Positions 28,749 to 39,267 of a stretch of 64,000 bases of DNA are shown one piece after another (the stretch's first letter is position 1; every line of letters begins with the position of its first letter). A program made the position numbers and the translations under genes. The stretch spans positions 3,872,001-3,936,000 of the forward strand of contig OZ242311.1 of assembly GCA_965207885.1 (NCBI GenBank), read 5' to 3'. A model generated the notes under the pieces. The model saw only the letters and a list, made by a program, of their open reading frames with translations, ran no database searches and was not told the origin of the DNA. The DNA is from Candidatus Latescibacterota bacterium. Its GTDB lineage: Bacteria > Latescibacterota > UBA2968.

Positions 28749-29997
28749 ATGGGGCCAGCATCGCTTAAGTGAGGTAACTGTTCCGGCAACGAAATGGAAT
28801 CCTCGCCTTGATCCCCGTCCTTCAATCCGTTATATCGATGTTTCGGCTGTTTCGCGGGATGAACTCAGGATCGTCTCTGAGGCAACATACTCGTCAAATG
28901 ACGCCCCAAGCCGGGCTCGCAAAATCGTAAAGGCTGGAGATACAATCTTCGCAACGATCCGCCCCACTCTGCGGCGAATTGCACAGATACCGTCGTCTTT
29001 GGATGGTGAAATTGTCTCCACGGCCTTTTGCGTCCTTCGACCCGATCTTAAGGTGATTGACACGGATTTTCTCTACTTCGCCACGCAGCTTGAGTCCGTA
29101 ATGAAGGGGATCTCTGCTATGGAGTCGGGCGCAAGCTATCCAGCGGTAAGGGATGTTGACGTTCTCGATCAAGTAGTTCCTCTTCCTCCTTTGCTTGAGC
29201 AAAGGGAAATTGCTACAGTTCTCAACACCATACGCACTGCTTTGCTCCATCAAACTAAATGTGAAGAAAACGCAACCGCTCTCAAACGCGCTACGATGCA
29301 AGAGGTATTCACTCAGGGCCTGCGAGGCGAAGTGCAAAAGGAAACTGAGATCGGTACGATACCGGAGAGTTGGGTTACCGAGACGATCAACGATCACTTC
29401 TCAGTTGTTACAGGTGGGACTCCACCTCGAAGAATACCAACGTTCTGGACCGGTGGTATGATCCCATGGGTGAAGACAACCGAGGTTGACTATTGCGTTA
29501 TTCAGAAGACTGAAGAACATATCACACAAGCTGGTCTTGATGGGTCAGCAGCAAAACTGCTTCCTCCAGGTACACTACTCATGGCAATGTATGGGCAGGG
29601 CGTTACACGAGGCAAGGTTGCAATCCTCGGGGTCGAGGCGACATGTAATCAAGCATGCGCTGCTATCAATCCGCACGATAATGTAGTTGATACCAAATAC
29701 CTCTATCACTTTCTATCCTTTCGCTATGAGGCAATCCGTCGCTTGGCACATGGTGGACAACAACAGAATCTGAACTTGGATATTGTGCGTGGCCTTCCCA
29801 TAGCATATCCAACTAACCCAGAGGAGCAATGCGAAATCGTCACTATCCTCGACACCATTGACCGCAAAATTGACTTACACCGAAGGAAACGCGCAGTGCT
29901 CGACGATTTGTTCAAAGTGCTGCTGCACAAGCTGATGACGGGGGAGATACGGGTGGGGGAGCCTAGACTCATGACGGCTACTTCAGCGGAGGAATAG
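28732..29997 (+). CDS. hsdS: Type I R-M specificity subunit
   Basis: Two TRDs each followed by a conserved helix (PLPPL.EQ.EIA..L; EQ.EIV..L..ID.KI), KETEIG.IPESW spacer, LL..LMTGE. Confidence 0.92.
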   Translation: MSLLTEWGQHRLSEVTVPATKWNPRLDPRPSIRYIDVSAVSRDELRIVSEATYSSNDAPSRARKIVKAGDTIFATIRPTLRRIAQIPSSLDGEIVSTAFCVLRPDLKVIDTDFLYFATQLESVMKGISAMESGASYPAVRDVDVLDQVVPLPPLLEQREIATVLNTIRTALLHQTKCEENATALKRATMQEVFTQGLRGEVQKETEIGTIPESWVTETINDHFSVVTGGTPPRRIPTFWTGGMIPWVKTTEVDYCVIQKTEEHITQAGLDGSAAKLLPPGTLLMAMYGQGVTRGKVAILGVEATCNQACAAINPHDNVVDTKYLYHFLSFRYEAIRRLAHGGQQQNLNLDIVRGLPIAYPTNPEEQCEIVTILDTIDRKIDLHRRKRAVLDDLFKVLLHKLMTGEIRVGEPRLMTATSAEE

Positions 29998-29998
29998 T

Positions 29999-30946
29999 AT
30001 GCGAGAGTTCATAGAACTGCTCAATCAAGCGGCGGAACTGAACTCAAAGTTCCTTCCGTACGTGGACGTGCGCGAACTGCACCAGCGCATCTCCGACTTC
30101 AGGAAGCTCAACTTCGGCTTGCTTTCGTATGGAGACCTGGTACAAGCCATTCAGCAGGTCGTCATGTTCGACACGCCGAACGGAAGGATCAGTGTGCTGC
30201 AGCCTGTGGGCGGCCAGTATCCTGCGGGAACCCACTTCTACCGGGTCAGGCGCATTCCCAAGGACGATCACACGATTCCCTTGAAATCAATGTCGAAGAT
30301 CGATGACTGCTGGGAGCCGCCTCGGGAGGTTGTACCAATCGGGAGGCTGAACAAGGAACACGAACCACTCCTCTATACCTCGCCAATCGACCCGCGCGTG
30401 GCTATTGACGAACTCAAGGTCCCCGACGGAGAATGGTTCAGCCTGATCGTGTACGAGGCAGTCGAGGAAGTGAACGTGACGATTATCGGCAGGCAGCCCG
30501 ACACAGAAGATATCGACGACACCGACGCGCTGAAGGTTGAGATGCTCCAAGGGTTTCTGCGTGATGAGTTCACCCGTGATGTAGGTACGGGCACTGAGTA
30601 TCTTTATCGGATTTCGGAGATCATTGCAAAGAACTACTTTGATCTCCCGCCCGCGATGCAGGACGCCTGGTGCTACCCGTCAATAGTGGACAAAAACAAA
30701 TTCAACGTCGCATTCCGCCCCAATACACGCACGAAGCTGCGGCTGACCGGCGTGGAGATAGCCAAGGTCAGCAGGATGGCGGCCGGGGAACTCGCGCTTG
30801 AGGTGGGCCTAGTGGTCAAGGAGAACGAAGACAGCGATGTCCTCGACTACTTCCAAATCGGCTCTCCCGAACAGCGGGAGCTGTTCCCCTGGATCACTAA
30901 GAACAAGCCTCCCGGTGCCCCGGATGGCTCTGGGGTTCCGTCATGA
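29999..30946 (+). CDS. RES-domain-containing protein
   Basis: FYRVR...GRLN...EPLLYTS....AI.E...YPS pattern. Confidence 0.7.
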   Translation: MREFIELLNQAAELNSKFLPYVDVRELHQRISDFRKLNFGLLSYGDLVQAIQQVVMFDTPNGRISVLQPVGGQYPAGTHFYRVRRIPKDDHTIPLKSMSKIDDCWEPPREVVPIGRLNKEHEPLLYTSPIDPRVAIDELKVPDGEWFSLIVYEAVEEVNVTIIGRQPDTEDIDDTDALKVEMLQGFLRDEFTRDVGTGTEYLYRISEIIAKNYFDLPPAMQDAWCYPSIVDKNKFNVAFRPNTRTKLRLTGVEIAKVSRMAAGELALEVGLVVKENEDSDVLDYFQIGSPEQRELFPWITKNKPPGAPDGSGVPS

Positions 30947-31041
30947 TCCCCAAGGAATGCAAGCGACTGGCCGCGCTGAACTTTCCCATCGCCGAGGTGT
31001 TACGGCACATAGTGCGGAAGAACTCGTTTGATCCTGACTGA
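30943..31041 (+). pseudogene. N-terminal stub of a DUF1156-type adenine methylase gene
   Basis: MIPKECKRLAALNFPIAEVLRH..RK resembles the recalled DUF1156 N-terminus (MIPKECKRLAEVDFPI..VS.H..REK); ATGA overlap with the RES stop; stops after 32 codons. Confidence 0.6.
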
Positions 31042-31161
31042 ATGAACCGCTGCGCCTACATCTTTCTCGACGAGTCTGGAAAATTGGCGTTCTTAGCATC
31101 CGTTGATGAAATTCCTGCAATTGGACCGACAGTGTCGGACCAATCTATTTCCCTGCTGCTA

Positions 31162-32032
31162 TTAGGTAGTGTCTGAAAAGTAAGCTTTGAAGAGTTGTCT
31201 GATACAGGCCAGCTTGACCATAGTGAGAAAATGAGTCGCCTTTTTTTCAAATCGGGTCACAATCCGTCGGCAGTGTTTAAGCCAACCAAAGAGACGCTCC
31301 ACGATATTGCGTTTGGCATATAATCTTTTATCACACTTAGGCCGTGGTCCTCTCTTACGCCGTTTTCTGCCTTTGGGAATCGCCTTGTTTGGGATAGCAG
31401 CCTTGATACCCCGTTTGCGTAGATAGACTCTGATGCGTGAGACATCATAAGATTTATCAGCTACCAGATACTTGGGTCGGTTTCTTGGACGCCCTCGTTT
31501 GGTGGGTATGCATACCTTTGACAGTAGCCTTTCAGCCTGTGTGGATTCTGACTGGTTACCAGGGAGAAGATCCACTGCTAAAGGATGCCCGACTGCATCG
31601 CAAAGAAGATGGATTTTCGTGGTCAAACCGCCACGAGAGCGTCCTAAAGCGTGATCTGGGGGCTCTTCTTCACCCTTTTTGCCCTTTTTTTTTCGCTCCT
31701 GCCGCGGCTTGTGTGGCTCGAATATGGGTTGCATCCATCATCCAGGTCGCATAATCTAAAAGACCATCTTCACCCAATTTGAGATGTAGCTTTTCTACAA
31801 TGCGATCAAAGGTGCCATCCTGTTTCCATTTGCAGAATCGGTCAAAGGCTGTCTGCCAAGGACCATATCGTTCTGGCAGGTCGCGCCAAGCTGCACCTGA
31901 ACACAATATCCAGAAGATCCCGTTGAATAATGTACGATCATCCCGACGGGGACGACCCATCTTCTTCGGCGGTGGGAACAGGTCTTGGATCAGATGCCAA
32001 GCCTCGTCGCGCAGTTCATATCTCCGTTGCAT
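31162..32032 (-). CDS. IS5-family DDE transposase (orfA 31670-32032 plus orfB 31162-31734, probable -1 frameshift)
   Basis: GIFWIL.SGA.WRDLPERYGPWQT, D.T, GRSRGGLTTKIHL, ADK.YD, Y..RN.VER.F..LK..RR..TR.EK; A9 slippery run at 31685-31693. Confidence 0.9.
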
Positions 32033-32101
32033 ATCATACTCCTTGGTTTAGGGCGTATGCTGCAACTAAAATACATACTTTACGACTTTTCAGACACTAC
32101 C
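31165..32101 (-). mobile_element. IS5-family insertion sequence (937 bp)
   Basis: Perfect 17-bp terminal IRs GGTAGTGTCTGAAAAGT (31165-31181 / 32085-32101), flanking TA duplication, two-ORF transposase. Confidence 0.93.
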
Positions 32102-32147
32102 TAGGCGCATTGCGTCTGAGGGAAGACACAATTTCGAACTAATACAG

Positions 32148-32570
32148 GTTCGGGGTATTGTTGGGGTCTTATATGACAAGCTATGACAAGTATTACAGAA
32201 TCGTGAGAGAATGGGCTGATACATGGGGCGTAATGGGGCACTATTGAGGTCTCATTGGGGTCTCATTGGGGTCTTATTGGGGGTCTTATTGGGGGTCTTA
32301 TTTCGTCTTAACCCTCCCAAATAGAGAAAGAAAATCCGTGTAGGAATGGCGCGTTGGAAACGCCTGTGAGGACTGCGGTTGGCTTATTCTGGCTTATTCT
32401 GGCTTATTCTGGCTTATTCGACGGCTTCTGGCAAACGATATGTGTTTAATGATGGATAAAACCTGGCTCTGAAGCTATGACAAGGAATCGTGAGAGAATG
32501 GGCTGACACATGTTCGGGGGCGTAATGGGGCGCAATAGGAGCGCAATAGGAGCGCAATAGGGGGCGCAAT
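32148..32570. repeat. Non-coding composite repeat region: two copies of an approximately 60-bp block plus three 10-12-bp VNTRs
   Basis: GCTATGACAAG..GAATCGTGAGAGAATGGGCTGA.ACATG..GGGGCGTAATGGGG at about 32180-32238 and 32474-32530; (ATTGGGGTCTC/T)n 32243-32301; (GGCTTATTCT)x4 32381-32420; (GGAGCGCAATA)n 32527-32570. Confidence 0.85.
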
Positions 32571-32608
32571 TGACCTAAAAGATACGCTCAAACTCTGGAA
32601 ACCACAAC

Positions 32609-35554
32609 ATGACCGACCTAAAAATCACAGAGGCTGGCACTGTCCAATTCCCCATGGTTCGCCATGCAGCCGAGATTGGTTGGACCGCGATCTCGCCCAG
32701 TGTTGCCAGACAGAGGCGCGGCGATGAAGCGGAGATGCTATTTCGCGACGAACTCGAAACAAAGCTCGCCGAGTTCAATCCGTGGATGTCTGCCGACACC
32801 ATACGTCAGATCATTGAGCGGATAGAGGCGATCTCACCGACGATTGAGGGCAATCGTGAGATGCTCAATTGGCTACGCGGAGAGCGGCAATGGTATGATG
32901 AATCCGAGAACCGACAGCGGCAGGTCCAGTTCATCGATTTTGAGCATCCAGCCAACAATATTTTTCACGTCACTTGGGAATGGAAGCTCAAGCCTCCGTC
33001 CCGAAAGGGCAACCGGGCAGACGTAATGTTTGTCATCAACGGCATACCAGTCGCCATTGTCGAGCACAAAAACCCGAAGACCGCCAATGCCATTGAACGG
33101 GGTATCACCCAATTGCGACGCTACGAAATGGAGACACCCGAGTTGATGGGAATGGCGCAACTCTTCAACGTCACGCATCTCCTCGAATACTGGTACGGTG
33201 TCACCTGGAACACCTCGCGTCGCTTCATGGCACGCTGGAAGGAACGCCCGGATGAGACCTATCGATTCGCTGTGCAGTCCTTCTTTGAGCCAACAGATTT
33301 TCTACGCACACTGCGAGACTGGATACTTTTCTATGTCGAAGATGGCGAGACGCGGAAATCTGTACTGCGCCAGCATCAACGCCGCGCAATCGACCGCATT
33401 CTCGAACGCTGTGCCGAACCATCCATGCGTCGCGGGCTGATATGGCACACCCAGGGATCCGGCAAAACCTTTACACTACTCACCGCCGCACGCCTGATTC
33501 TGGAACACAAGGAACGGTTCCACACGCCAACCGTGGTGGTAGTCGTAGATCGCAGAGAACTCGAAGGACAGCTCAAGGAATGGGTTGAACGCCTGCTCGG
33601 TGAAATGCAACAACAAGACATCGCGGTATGGCGTGCAAACTCTAAGGAAGACCTCCGGGATATGCTCAAAACCGACAAACGCGGGCTGATCCTGTCTATG
33701 ATCCACAAGTTCGAGGGCATTGAGCGGAATGCCAACACCCGCGACAACATCTATGTTTTCATAGACGAGGCGCATCGCTCAGTCGCCAAAGACCTCGGCA
33801 CGTATCTTATGGCGGCGGTACCAAATGCTACCATCATCGGTTTTACCGGCACACCGATAGCCAGGACAGAGCATGGGGCAGGCACCTTCATGATCTTCGG
33901 TGCCGATGACGAGCAAGGCTATCTCGATAAGTATTCGATCAGTGAGTCTATTGAAGACGAAACAACGCTACCGATCCGCCATACTATGGCACCGAGCGAA
34001 ATGACTGTGCCAACTGAGCAACTCGATAAAGAATTCTTTGAACTTGCTCAAGCCGAAGGCGTTACAGATGTCGATGAACTCAATAAGGTCCTCGATCAGG
34101 CCGTGGGCTTACGTACCTTCCTGACCGCCGATGACCGCATTGAGAAGATCTCCAAATACGTAGCCGAGCACTTTGTGGAAAACGTAGTTCCACTCGGCTA
34201 CAAGGCATTTCTCGTAGGCGTGAACCGCGAAGCCTGCGCCAAATACAAACGCGCACTCGACAAACTCTTGCCATCCGACTGGACAGCACCTGTCTATACA
34301 GAGAATACTTCCGACATCATCGACCGACCGCTCGTTGCAGAACTTCAACTCACTGAGGATCAGGAGGCGGACACGCGCCGCCTGTTCAAAAAGGCGGATG
34401 AGAACCCAAAGATCCTCATCGTGACCGATAAATTATTGACGGGTTACGACGCGCCCCTACTCTATTGCATGTATCTCGACAAGCCAATGCGCGATCATGT
34501 CCTCTTACAAGCTATCGCACGCGTGAACCGCCCGCATGTAGATGCGAATGGCACCCGCAAACCCATCGGCCTCATTGTCGATTTCGTCGGCGTACTCCGT
34601 GAACTGAGAAAAGCATTGCGATTCGACTCGTCTGATGTAAGCGGTGTGATTGAGGACCTCGACCTGCTGTTGGATGCCTTTCTAAACAAGATTGAAAAGG
34701 CGAAAACGGACTACCTCACTGTCCGGGAAAATGGCAGCGCAGACGAGCATCTCGAATGGGTTGTCTATGGACGTTTCTTAGATTTAGAGGTACGCAAAGC
34801 ATTCTGCGAAGCGTACAAAGATATTGAGGCACTCTGGGAGATTTTGTCACCTTCGCCAGACCTGCGCGACCACATCGACACCTATAAGCAACTCGCCAAT
34901 CTTTATTCAGCCGTACGCAATGCCTATACTACCAGCACTACCCCCGTAATAGACTTAGCCAACAAGACGCGCTCCCTGGTCCAGGACAGCGCTACCCAGG
35001 AAGGTCTCGGCTACCTGACAAAAACAGCGACATTCGACGTAAACACGCTCAAAACACTCCAAAACGAGTCTGGCTCACACGAAGCCAAAGTGTTCAACCT
35101 CGTGCGCGGCTTGCGGAAGGAAGTCGAACAGGAATCGGAAATGGCGTCTGTGCTGCTGCCTTTGAAAGAACGCGCTGAACGCATTTTGGAGGATTTGGAG
35201 AATCGCAAAATAACCGCACTCGCGGCGATGGATCAGTTAGATGCCCTTGCAAAAGAAAAAGAGGAAGCTATCGAGGCCGCGCAGAACAGCGGACTTTCGC
35301 CGCGTGCATTTGGCATCCATTTGGCACTAAAAAACGATCCGAATATAGAGACTGTCGGCATATCGACATTGAACGTGGCACAGGAAGTGGAAACGCTTCT
35401 CAATCGCTTTCCCAACGCGGCTGTCAACGCCGACGAACAACGGCGACTACGTGCGGCTCTCTATCTCCCGCTTCTAAAACTGGACAAAGACGAGCGCAGC
35501 CGCGCTGTAGATCGCGTCCTTTCAATTCTTCTGGACACAGACACCGATGTGTAA
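32609..35554 (+). CDS. hsdR: Type I R-M restriction subunit
   Basis: RAD..F.INGIP..IVEHK nuclease motif, [36 protein letters not shown]. Confidence 0.95.
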   Translation: MTDLKITEAGTVQFPMVRHAAEIGWTAISPSVARQRRGDEAEMLFRDELETKLAEFNPWMSADTIRQIIERIEAISPTIEGNREMLNWLRGERQWYDESENRQRQVQFIDFEHPANNIFHVTWEWKLKPPSRKGNRADVMFVINGIPVAIVEHKNPKTANAIERGITQLRRYEMETPELMGMAQLFNVTHLLEYWYGVTWNTSRRFMARWKERPDETYRFAVQSFFEPTDFLRTLRDWILFYVEDGETRKSVLRQHQRRAIDRILERCAEPSMRRGLIWHTQGSGKTFTLLTAARLILEHKERFHTPTVVVVVDRRELEGQLKEWVERLLGEMQQQDIAVWRANSKEDLRDMLKTDKRGLILSMIHKFEGIERNANTRDNIYVFIDEAHRSVAKDLGTYLMAAVPNATIIGFTGTPIARTEHGAGTFMIFGADDEQGYLDKYSISESIEDETTLPIRHTMAPSEMTVPTEQLDKEFFELAQAEGVTDVDELNKVLDQAVGLRTFLTADDRIEKISKYVAEHFVENVVPLGYKAFLVGVNREACAKYKRALDKLLPSDWTAPVYTENTSDIIDRPLVAELQLTEDQEADTRRLFKKADENPKILIVTDKLLTGYDAPLLYCMYLDKPMRDHVLLQAIARVNRPHVDANGTRKPIGLIVDFVGVLRELRKALRFDSSDVSGVIEDLDLLLDAFLNKIEKAKTDYLTVRENGSADEHLEWVVYGRFLDLEVRKAFCEAYKDIEALWEILSPSPDLRDHIDTYKQLANLYSAVRNAYTTSTTPVIDLANKTRSLVQDSATQEGLGYLTKTATFDVNTLKTLQNESGSHEAKVFNLVRGLRKEVEQESEMASVLLPLKERAERILEDLENRKITALAAMDQLDALAKEKEEAIEAAQNSGLSPRAFGIHLALKNDPNIETVGISTLNVAQEVETLLNRFPNAAVNADEQRRLRAALYLPLLKLDKDERSRAVDRVLSILLDTDTDV

Positions 35555-35840
35555 TGAACGGCGCAAGGTCATCCGCGACCGCGTCGAATACTGGGCGCAG
35601 CGATTGAACGTCCATCCCCGGCATGTTCGCGTTCAACACATGACTCGGAAGTGGGGTTCCTGCTCAACATCCGGAATCATCACACTCGCCATTGATCTGG
35701 CTGATCGGGAAGTAGGATTTCAGGACTTCGTCATCGCGCACGAGTTGTTGCACCTCCGCGTTCCCAACCATGGAAAATTATTTAAGGCGTTAATGACCGT
35801 TCATGTGCCTGAGTGGAAGAAATACAACATTACCAAATAG
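35547..35840 (+). CDS. Short M48/YgjP-like metallopeptidase domain protein
   Basis: KWGSCS, HELLHL...NH...F; a common type I R-M neighbour. Confidence 0.8.
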   Translation: MCNERRKVIRDRVEYWAQRLNVHPRHVRVQHMTRKWGSCSTSGIITLAIDLADREVGFQDFVIAHELLHLRVPNHGKLFKALMTVHVPEWKKYNITK

Positions 35841-36124
35841 CGCACTGCTCGTGGTTCAATTTTCCAATCTCATCGCTCGTTGCTGTGTAAAAAAAGCAAC
35901 CGATTAGTGTGCTCTTTGGTGCCATCAATTGGCTACTCAAAGAATGGCCCAATCATATCTTGCTGATCCCAACATCTCGTGCTCTCGCTATGCTGACGGT
36001 ATCATCGCGCAGAGAGAGTATTTGGAGTTGCGAAGGTATTACAGGATTTCAAATGGTCCCTATATCTCCTATATTCGCATACATCAAGAGATAATTATCA
36101 AATCCCGAGAGATGACAAACAACC

Positions 36125-37309
36125 ATGTCCAATATTCTGAAAAAACTCCGGCTTGACTTTAATCCCTTCGAGCCAGCGGCAACAGGTGCGCCCCTACAGG
36201 CCAAATTTCCGCCCCCAAAAGAATTGGAATATCGAGTGAAAGAACTCCTCGACTTACATCAATCAGGAGCCGGCGGTGTAAAGGCCATCGTCATCGTTGG
36301 CGAGTATGGAACCGGAAAGACCTGCTTCCTGCAATGGCTCCATAGCGAGGTCTTTCCAAGCCGTCACATCAAATCGTTCTACTTCAATAACTCTGGAGTG
36401 CAATTTTACGACCTCGCCAATAGGTTGTTGCGTACTATCGGTCGCAAGAACTTCGCCAAATTTATCTGGGAGTTTGCTGGTGCGTATGTGACCGTTCCAT
36501 ATCGGGGAAGACTTTTTCAAAAGGGCTATGAGGAATATTTGGCGACCTGGACGAAACCAGGCCGCCAACAAGACTTGACGATCCCCCTCCAAGAGGCCAT
36601 CAAAAGTGCAAATGTGACCACTAACGAACAGATCGCTCACTGTCTTGCCCGGATTGTTACCGAGATTGTGAAGAAACCATATTTCGAATATCGGGACTTC
36701 ATACCGAGGCAGAGCGGCAGCATGGTTTCGGAAGGAGAGGAGGCACCTTACTTCCGCGCAATATTGAAAACGATCTTACAAGGAACGAGTGCCAAAGCCA
36801 TTGCATTCCTCATTGACGAGTTCGAGGAAATAGGTCTTCAAAAAAGGCTCACCAGACGTGCTGCACATGATTACTTGGCAACGCTGAAACGTTTGATAAA
36901 CCTCGCTCAAAGCGAACAGGTTGACTTCTGGATTGTCTTTTCAATGACACCTGGTGCTTATGAGATCACTAAGGAGCTTGAACCTTCGCTGATTGAACGC
37001 ATTTCTGGGCAAATATTAAATATCGATCTCTTAACGAACTCAGAAGCACTGGCCTTAATGAGATCACGGATAGAAGCTGCTCGGTCAAGCGAGACGGACG
37101 AATCAATAGGAGATATTTTTCCGTTTCCTGATGATATTGGCTTCCGATCCAACACTTACTCGAATCCCAGACGGCTGATAAAGACATGTTTTCGAGTGAT
37201 TGCACAGGCGGATGCAGATGTTCAGCTACCATTTACTGAAGACTATCTTCATAAAATTGAAGACGAACTTTATCCCCGATTGACTAATAGCGCGAATGGG
37301 CAACCATGA
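36125..37309 (+). CDS. P-loop (AAA+-like) ATPase, probably defence-associated
   Basis: NPF N-terminus, GEYGTGKT Walker A, FLIDEFEE Walker B, NPR. Confidence 0.75.
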   Translation: MSNILKKLRLDFNPFEPAATGAPLQAKFPPPKELEYRVKELLDLHQSGAGGVKAIVIVGEYGTGKTCFLQWLHSEVFPSRHIKSFYFNNSGVQFYDLANRLLRTIGRKNFAKFIWEFAGAYVTVPYRGRLFQKGYEEYLATWTKPGRQQDLTIPLQEAIKSANVTTNEQIAHCLARIVTEIVKKPYFEYRDFIPRQSGSMVSEGEEAPYFRAILKTILQGTSAKAIAFLIDEFEEIGLQKRLTRRAAHDYLATLKRLINLAQSEQVDFWIVFSMTPGAYEITKELEPSLIERISGQILNIDLLTNSEALALMRSRIEAARSSETDESIGDIFPFPDDIGFRSNTYSNPRRLIKTCFRVIAQADADVQLPFTEDYLHKIEDELYPRLTNSANGQP

Positions 37310-37335
37310 AAGAGAAACAAAACTTCAGGAAAGTA

Positions 37336-37416
37336 GTGTTCAATGATGGATAGCTTGACTCATGAGCTATGACAAGCTGTGACAAGGAGCTGTGACAACC
37401 CATCATAGAATCGCGA
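37336..37416. repeat. Third copy of the GTGTTYAATGATGGATA...GCTATGACAAG...GAATCGYGA block
   Basis: Homologous to 32442-32493, with the TGACAA unit present three times. Confidence 0.75.
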
Positions 37417-37492
37417 AAAAAAGTGACCCCCCCGACTACTCCGTAATGGAGAGTGCTCGCCTGGAGCACTTGTCATCGGGGGGGAACCTTTT
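37416..37492 (-). terminator. Branched intrinsic-terminator-like structure
   Basis: Outer stem C7GA/TCG7 enclosing two hairpins, followed by T7 on the minus strand just after the 37525 gene stop. Confidence 0.6.
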
Positions 37493-37524
37493 GTCCATCG
37501 GATGAACCATGACGAAACAAATAT

Positions 37525-38271
37525 CTAAACCGCCATTGCCTCTTCTTTCAGATGCGTCAACCCTTCAAACTCGCGCCAGATATCGGCCATAGCATCCGTG
37601 CTATTTTCTCTCGAGTTGACGTGTCGAGGTCTAAAAATCACGGCATAACGGATATCGGGCGAATGATTTGGTCCTCCATTGTGATACATCTGGTGATGGC
37701 AGATCACGGCATCGCCCGCTTCGCCCATAAACTGAATCGGCCCATGCGGCAAATCGATATCGGGAATCCGGCGATTGGCCTTTGCCGTCTCCACATAATT
37801 GGGATCTTTTTGAAACGCCGCCTCATAAGCGCGATGAGACCCCGGCCAAAAACAGAAATTGCCCATAAATGGTCGCGGAACATCGTGAACCAGAATCACC
37901 ACCAGCAGCGTCATACCGCGACTCAGCAACCCATCCTTCAACTTCCCACCCAAATCCAGATGCCCTCGCGTCAGCGGGCGCTCCTCTGCATCGGGAAAAT
38001 TGAGCTTCACATTGCCTCCCTGCGGCTGGATCAACTTCCCCTCTCCCACAACCGACTCGCACAGACCCCAAAGCGGCGATTTATTAAACAAATCTGTAAT
38101 CACCGGCTCATTGCTCAACCCCGGATTTCGTCCCTGTTGCATCACGCGATAACGCATATGCCGATTAATAGCCTTGCGCGCTTGATCGGCCATCAACTTT
38201 GGCACAGCACCTCGCACAAGCACATATCCTTCTTCAAAAAACTGCTGCTTTTGAGCTTTGGTCATCTGCAT
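37525..38271 (-). CDS. PhyH-family dioxygenase
   Basis: QK.QF.EEGY, HLD, GNF..WPGSH, GEAGD..I.H....H...N.S..IR. Confidence 0.85.
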   Translation of the reverse strand: MQMTKAQKQQFFEEGYVLVRGAVPKLMADQARKAINRHMRYRVMQQGRNPGLSNEPVITDLFNKSPLWGLCESVVGEGKLIQPQGGNVKLNFPDAEERPLTRGHLDLGGKLKDGLLSRGMTLLVVILVHDVPRPFMGNFCFWPGSHRAYEAAFQKDPNYVETAKANRRIPDIDLPHGPIQFMGEAGDAVICHHQMYHNGGPNHSPDIRYAVIFRPRHVNSRENSTDAMADIWREFEGLTHLKEEAMAV

Positions 38272-38280
38272 GGCAACCTC

Positions 38281-39249
38281 CTATTCATAATCCAGCACAA
38301 CCTTAATCGCCTCATCGCGATGATCGATAAACAATTCAAAACCCTTTTGCACCTCTGTAAACGGCAAATGGTGTGTAATAATCGGCGAAACATCGATGCG
38401 TCCCTGTGCGATCATATCCATAGCCAGGGGATAATCATTCAGCGAATCTGGCCCCACAGAACCGATCAGCGTCACATTCTTACTGAAAAAAGCGCGATAA
38501 TTAAACGCATACACATCGTCATCGGGCACACCAAACGCCAGCACCGTACCCAGACGCTTGGTCAAATTCAGACACAAATTGACCGTATCCTGATTGTGCC
38601 CCACAATTTCCACCGTCAGGTCGGCCATGCGCCCATCCGTAATATTTCTCACAACAGCCACCACATCTTCCCTATCGGGATTTACCACATGGGTTGCCCG
38701 CATCTTTTTTGCCGCCTCGAGACGAAAATCGACCGTATCCACAGCAACAACGGTCTTCGCCCCCAAATTGCTCAACAAATGCGTCATCAACAAACCCATT
38801 GGACCCTGCCCCACCACCACAGCATCCTGATTGAGAATATTACCCAACTTGCGACACGCCCAAATCACCGTTCCCAGAGGCTGTGACATCAACAATTCAT
38901 CGAGCGGTTTATAATCTGCGAGATGCACCCCCACTCTTTCGCTCGAAATATAATACTCAGCCAACCCACCAATACCCGCCGTGGGCCGCGCCTGCACAAA
39001 ATCCCCGGGTTGAAACCGATTCGACGACGACGCAACCACCGTCCCAATACACTCGTGAATTGAAGTCCCAATATTCATCGGATACACTGCGTCCGGCTGT
39101 TTCAATACAAACTTTGGCGAATCCGACCCGCAAATCGCGGTCATATGCGCTTTAACCTTTATCGATCCCTTTGGAAAATCCTCAATATTCGGCTCATCGG
39201 CCTCAAACATCTCAATCTGCCGATGAGCGACAACGTGTGCTGCTTTCAC
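38281..39249 (-). CDS. Zinc-binding (MDR) dehydrogenase
   Basis: ICGSD, HE, GQGPMGL, ITH..P, IKVVL. Start GTG 39249 with GGAGG RBS. Confidence 0.88.
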   Translation of the reverse strand: MKAAHVVAHRQIEMFEADEPNIEDFPKGSIKVKAHMTAICGSDSPKFVLKQPDAVYPMNIGTSIHECIGTVVASSSNRFQPGDFVQARPTAGIGGLAEYYISSERVGVHLADYKPLDELLMSQPLGTVIWACRKLGNILNQDAVVVGQGPMGLLMTHLLSNLGAKTVVAVDTVDFRLEAAKKMRATHVVNPDREDVVAVVRNITDGRMADLTVEIVGHNQDTVNLCLNLTKRLGTVLAFGVPDDDVYAFNYRAFFSKNVTLIGSVGPDSLNDYPLAMDMIAQGRIDVSPIITHHLPFTEVQKGFELFIDHRDEAIKVVLDYE

Positions 39250-39267
39250 CAATGCCTCCTTCCAAAA

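Larger units (their letters stand above)
31042..32142 (+). pseudogene. DUF3800-like gene stub interrupted by IS5
   Basis: MNRCAYIFLDESGKL N-terminal motif; removing the IS and one TA gives a 53-aa ORF ending ...LLLLGALRLREDTISN*. Confidence 0.45.

Noticed and set aside
31670-31734. IS5 transposase as a frameshifted pseudogene
   Set aside because: Overlapping orfA/orfB with an A9 slippery run and perfect IRs is the normal layout for this IS5 group
32148-32570. CRISPR array
   Set aside because: Units are 10-12 bp and contiguous, with no unique spacers and no cas genes
37416-37492. tRNA or tRNA fragment as an integration site
   Set aside because: Only two inner arms, no TTC T-loop, no 7-nt anticodon loop and no CCA
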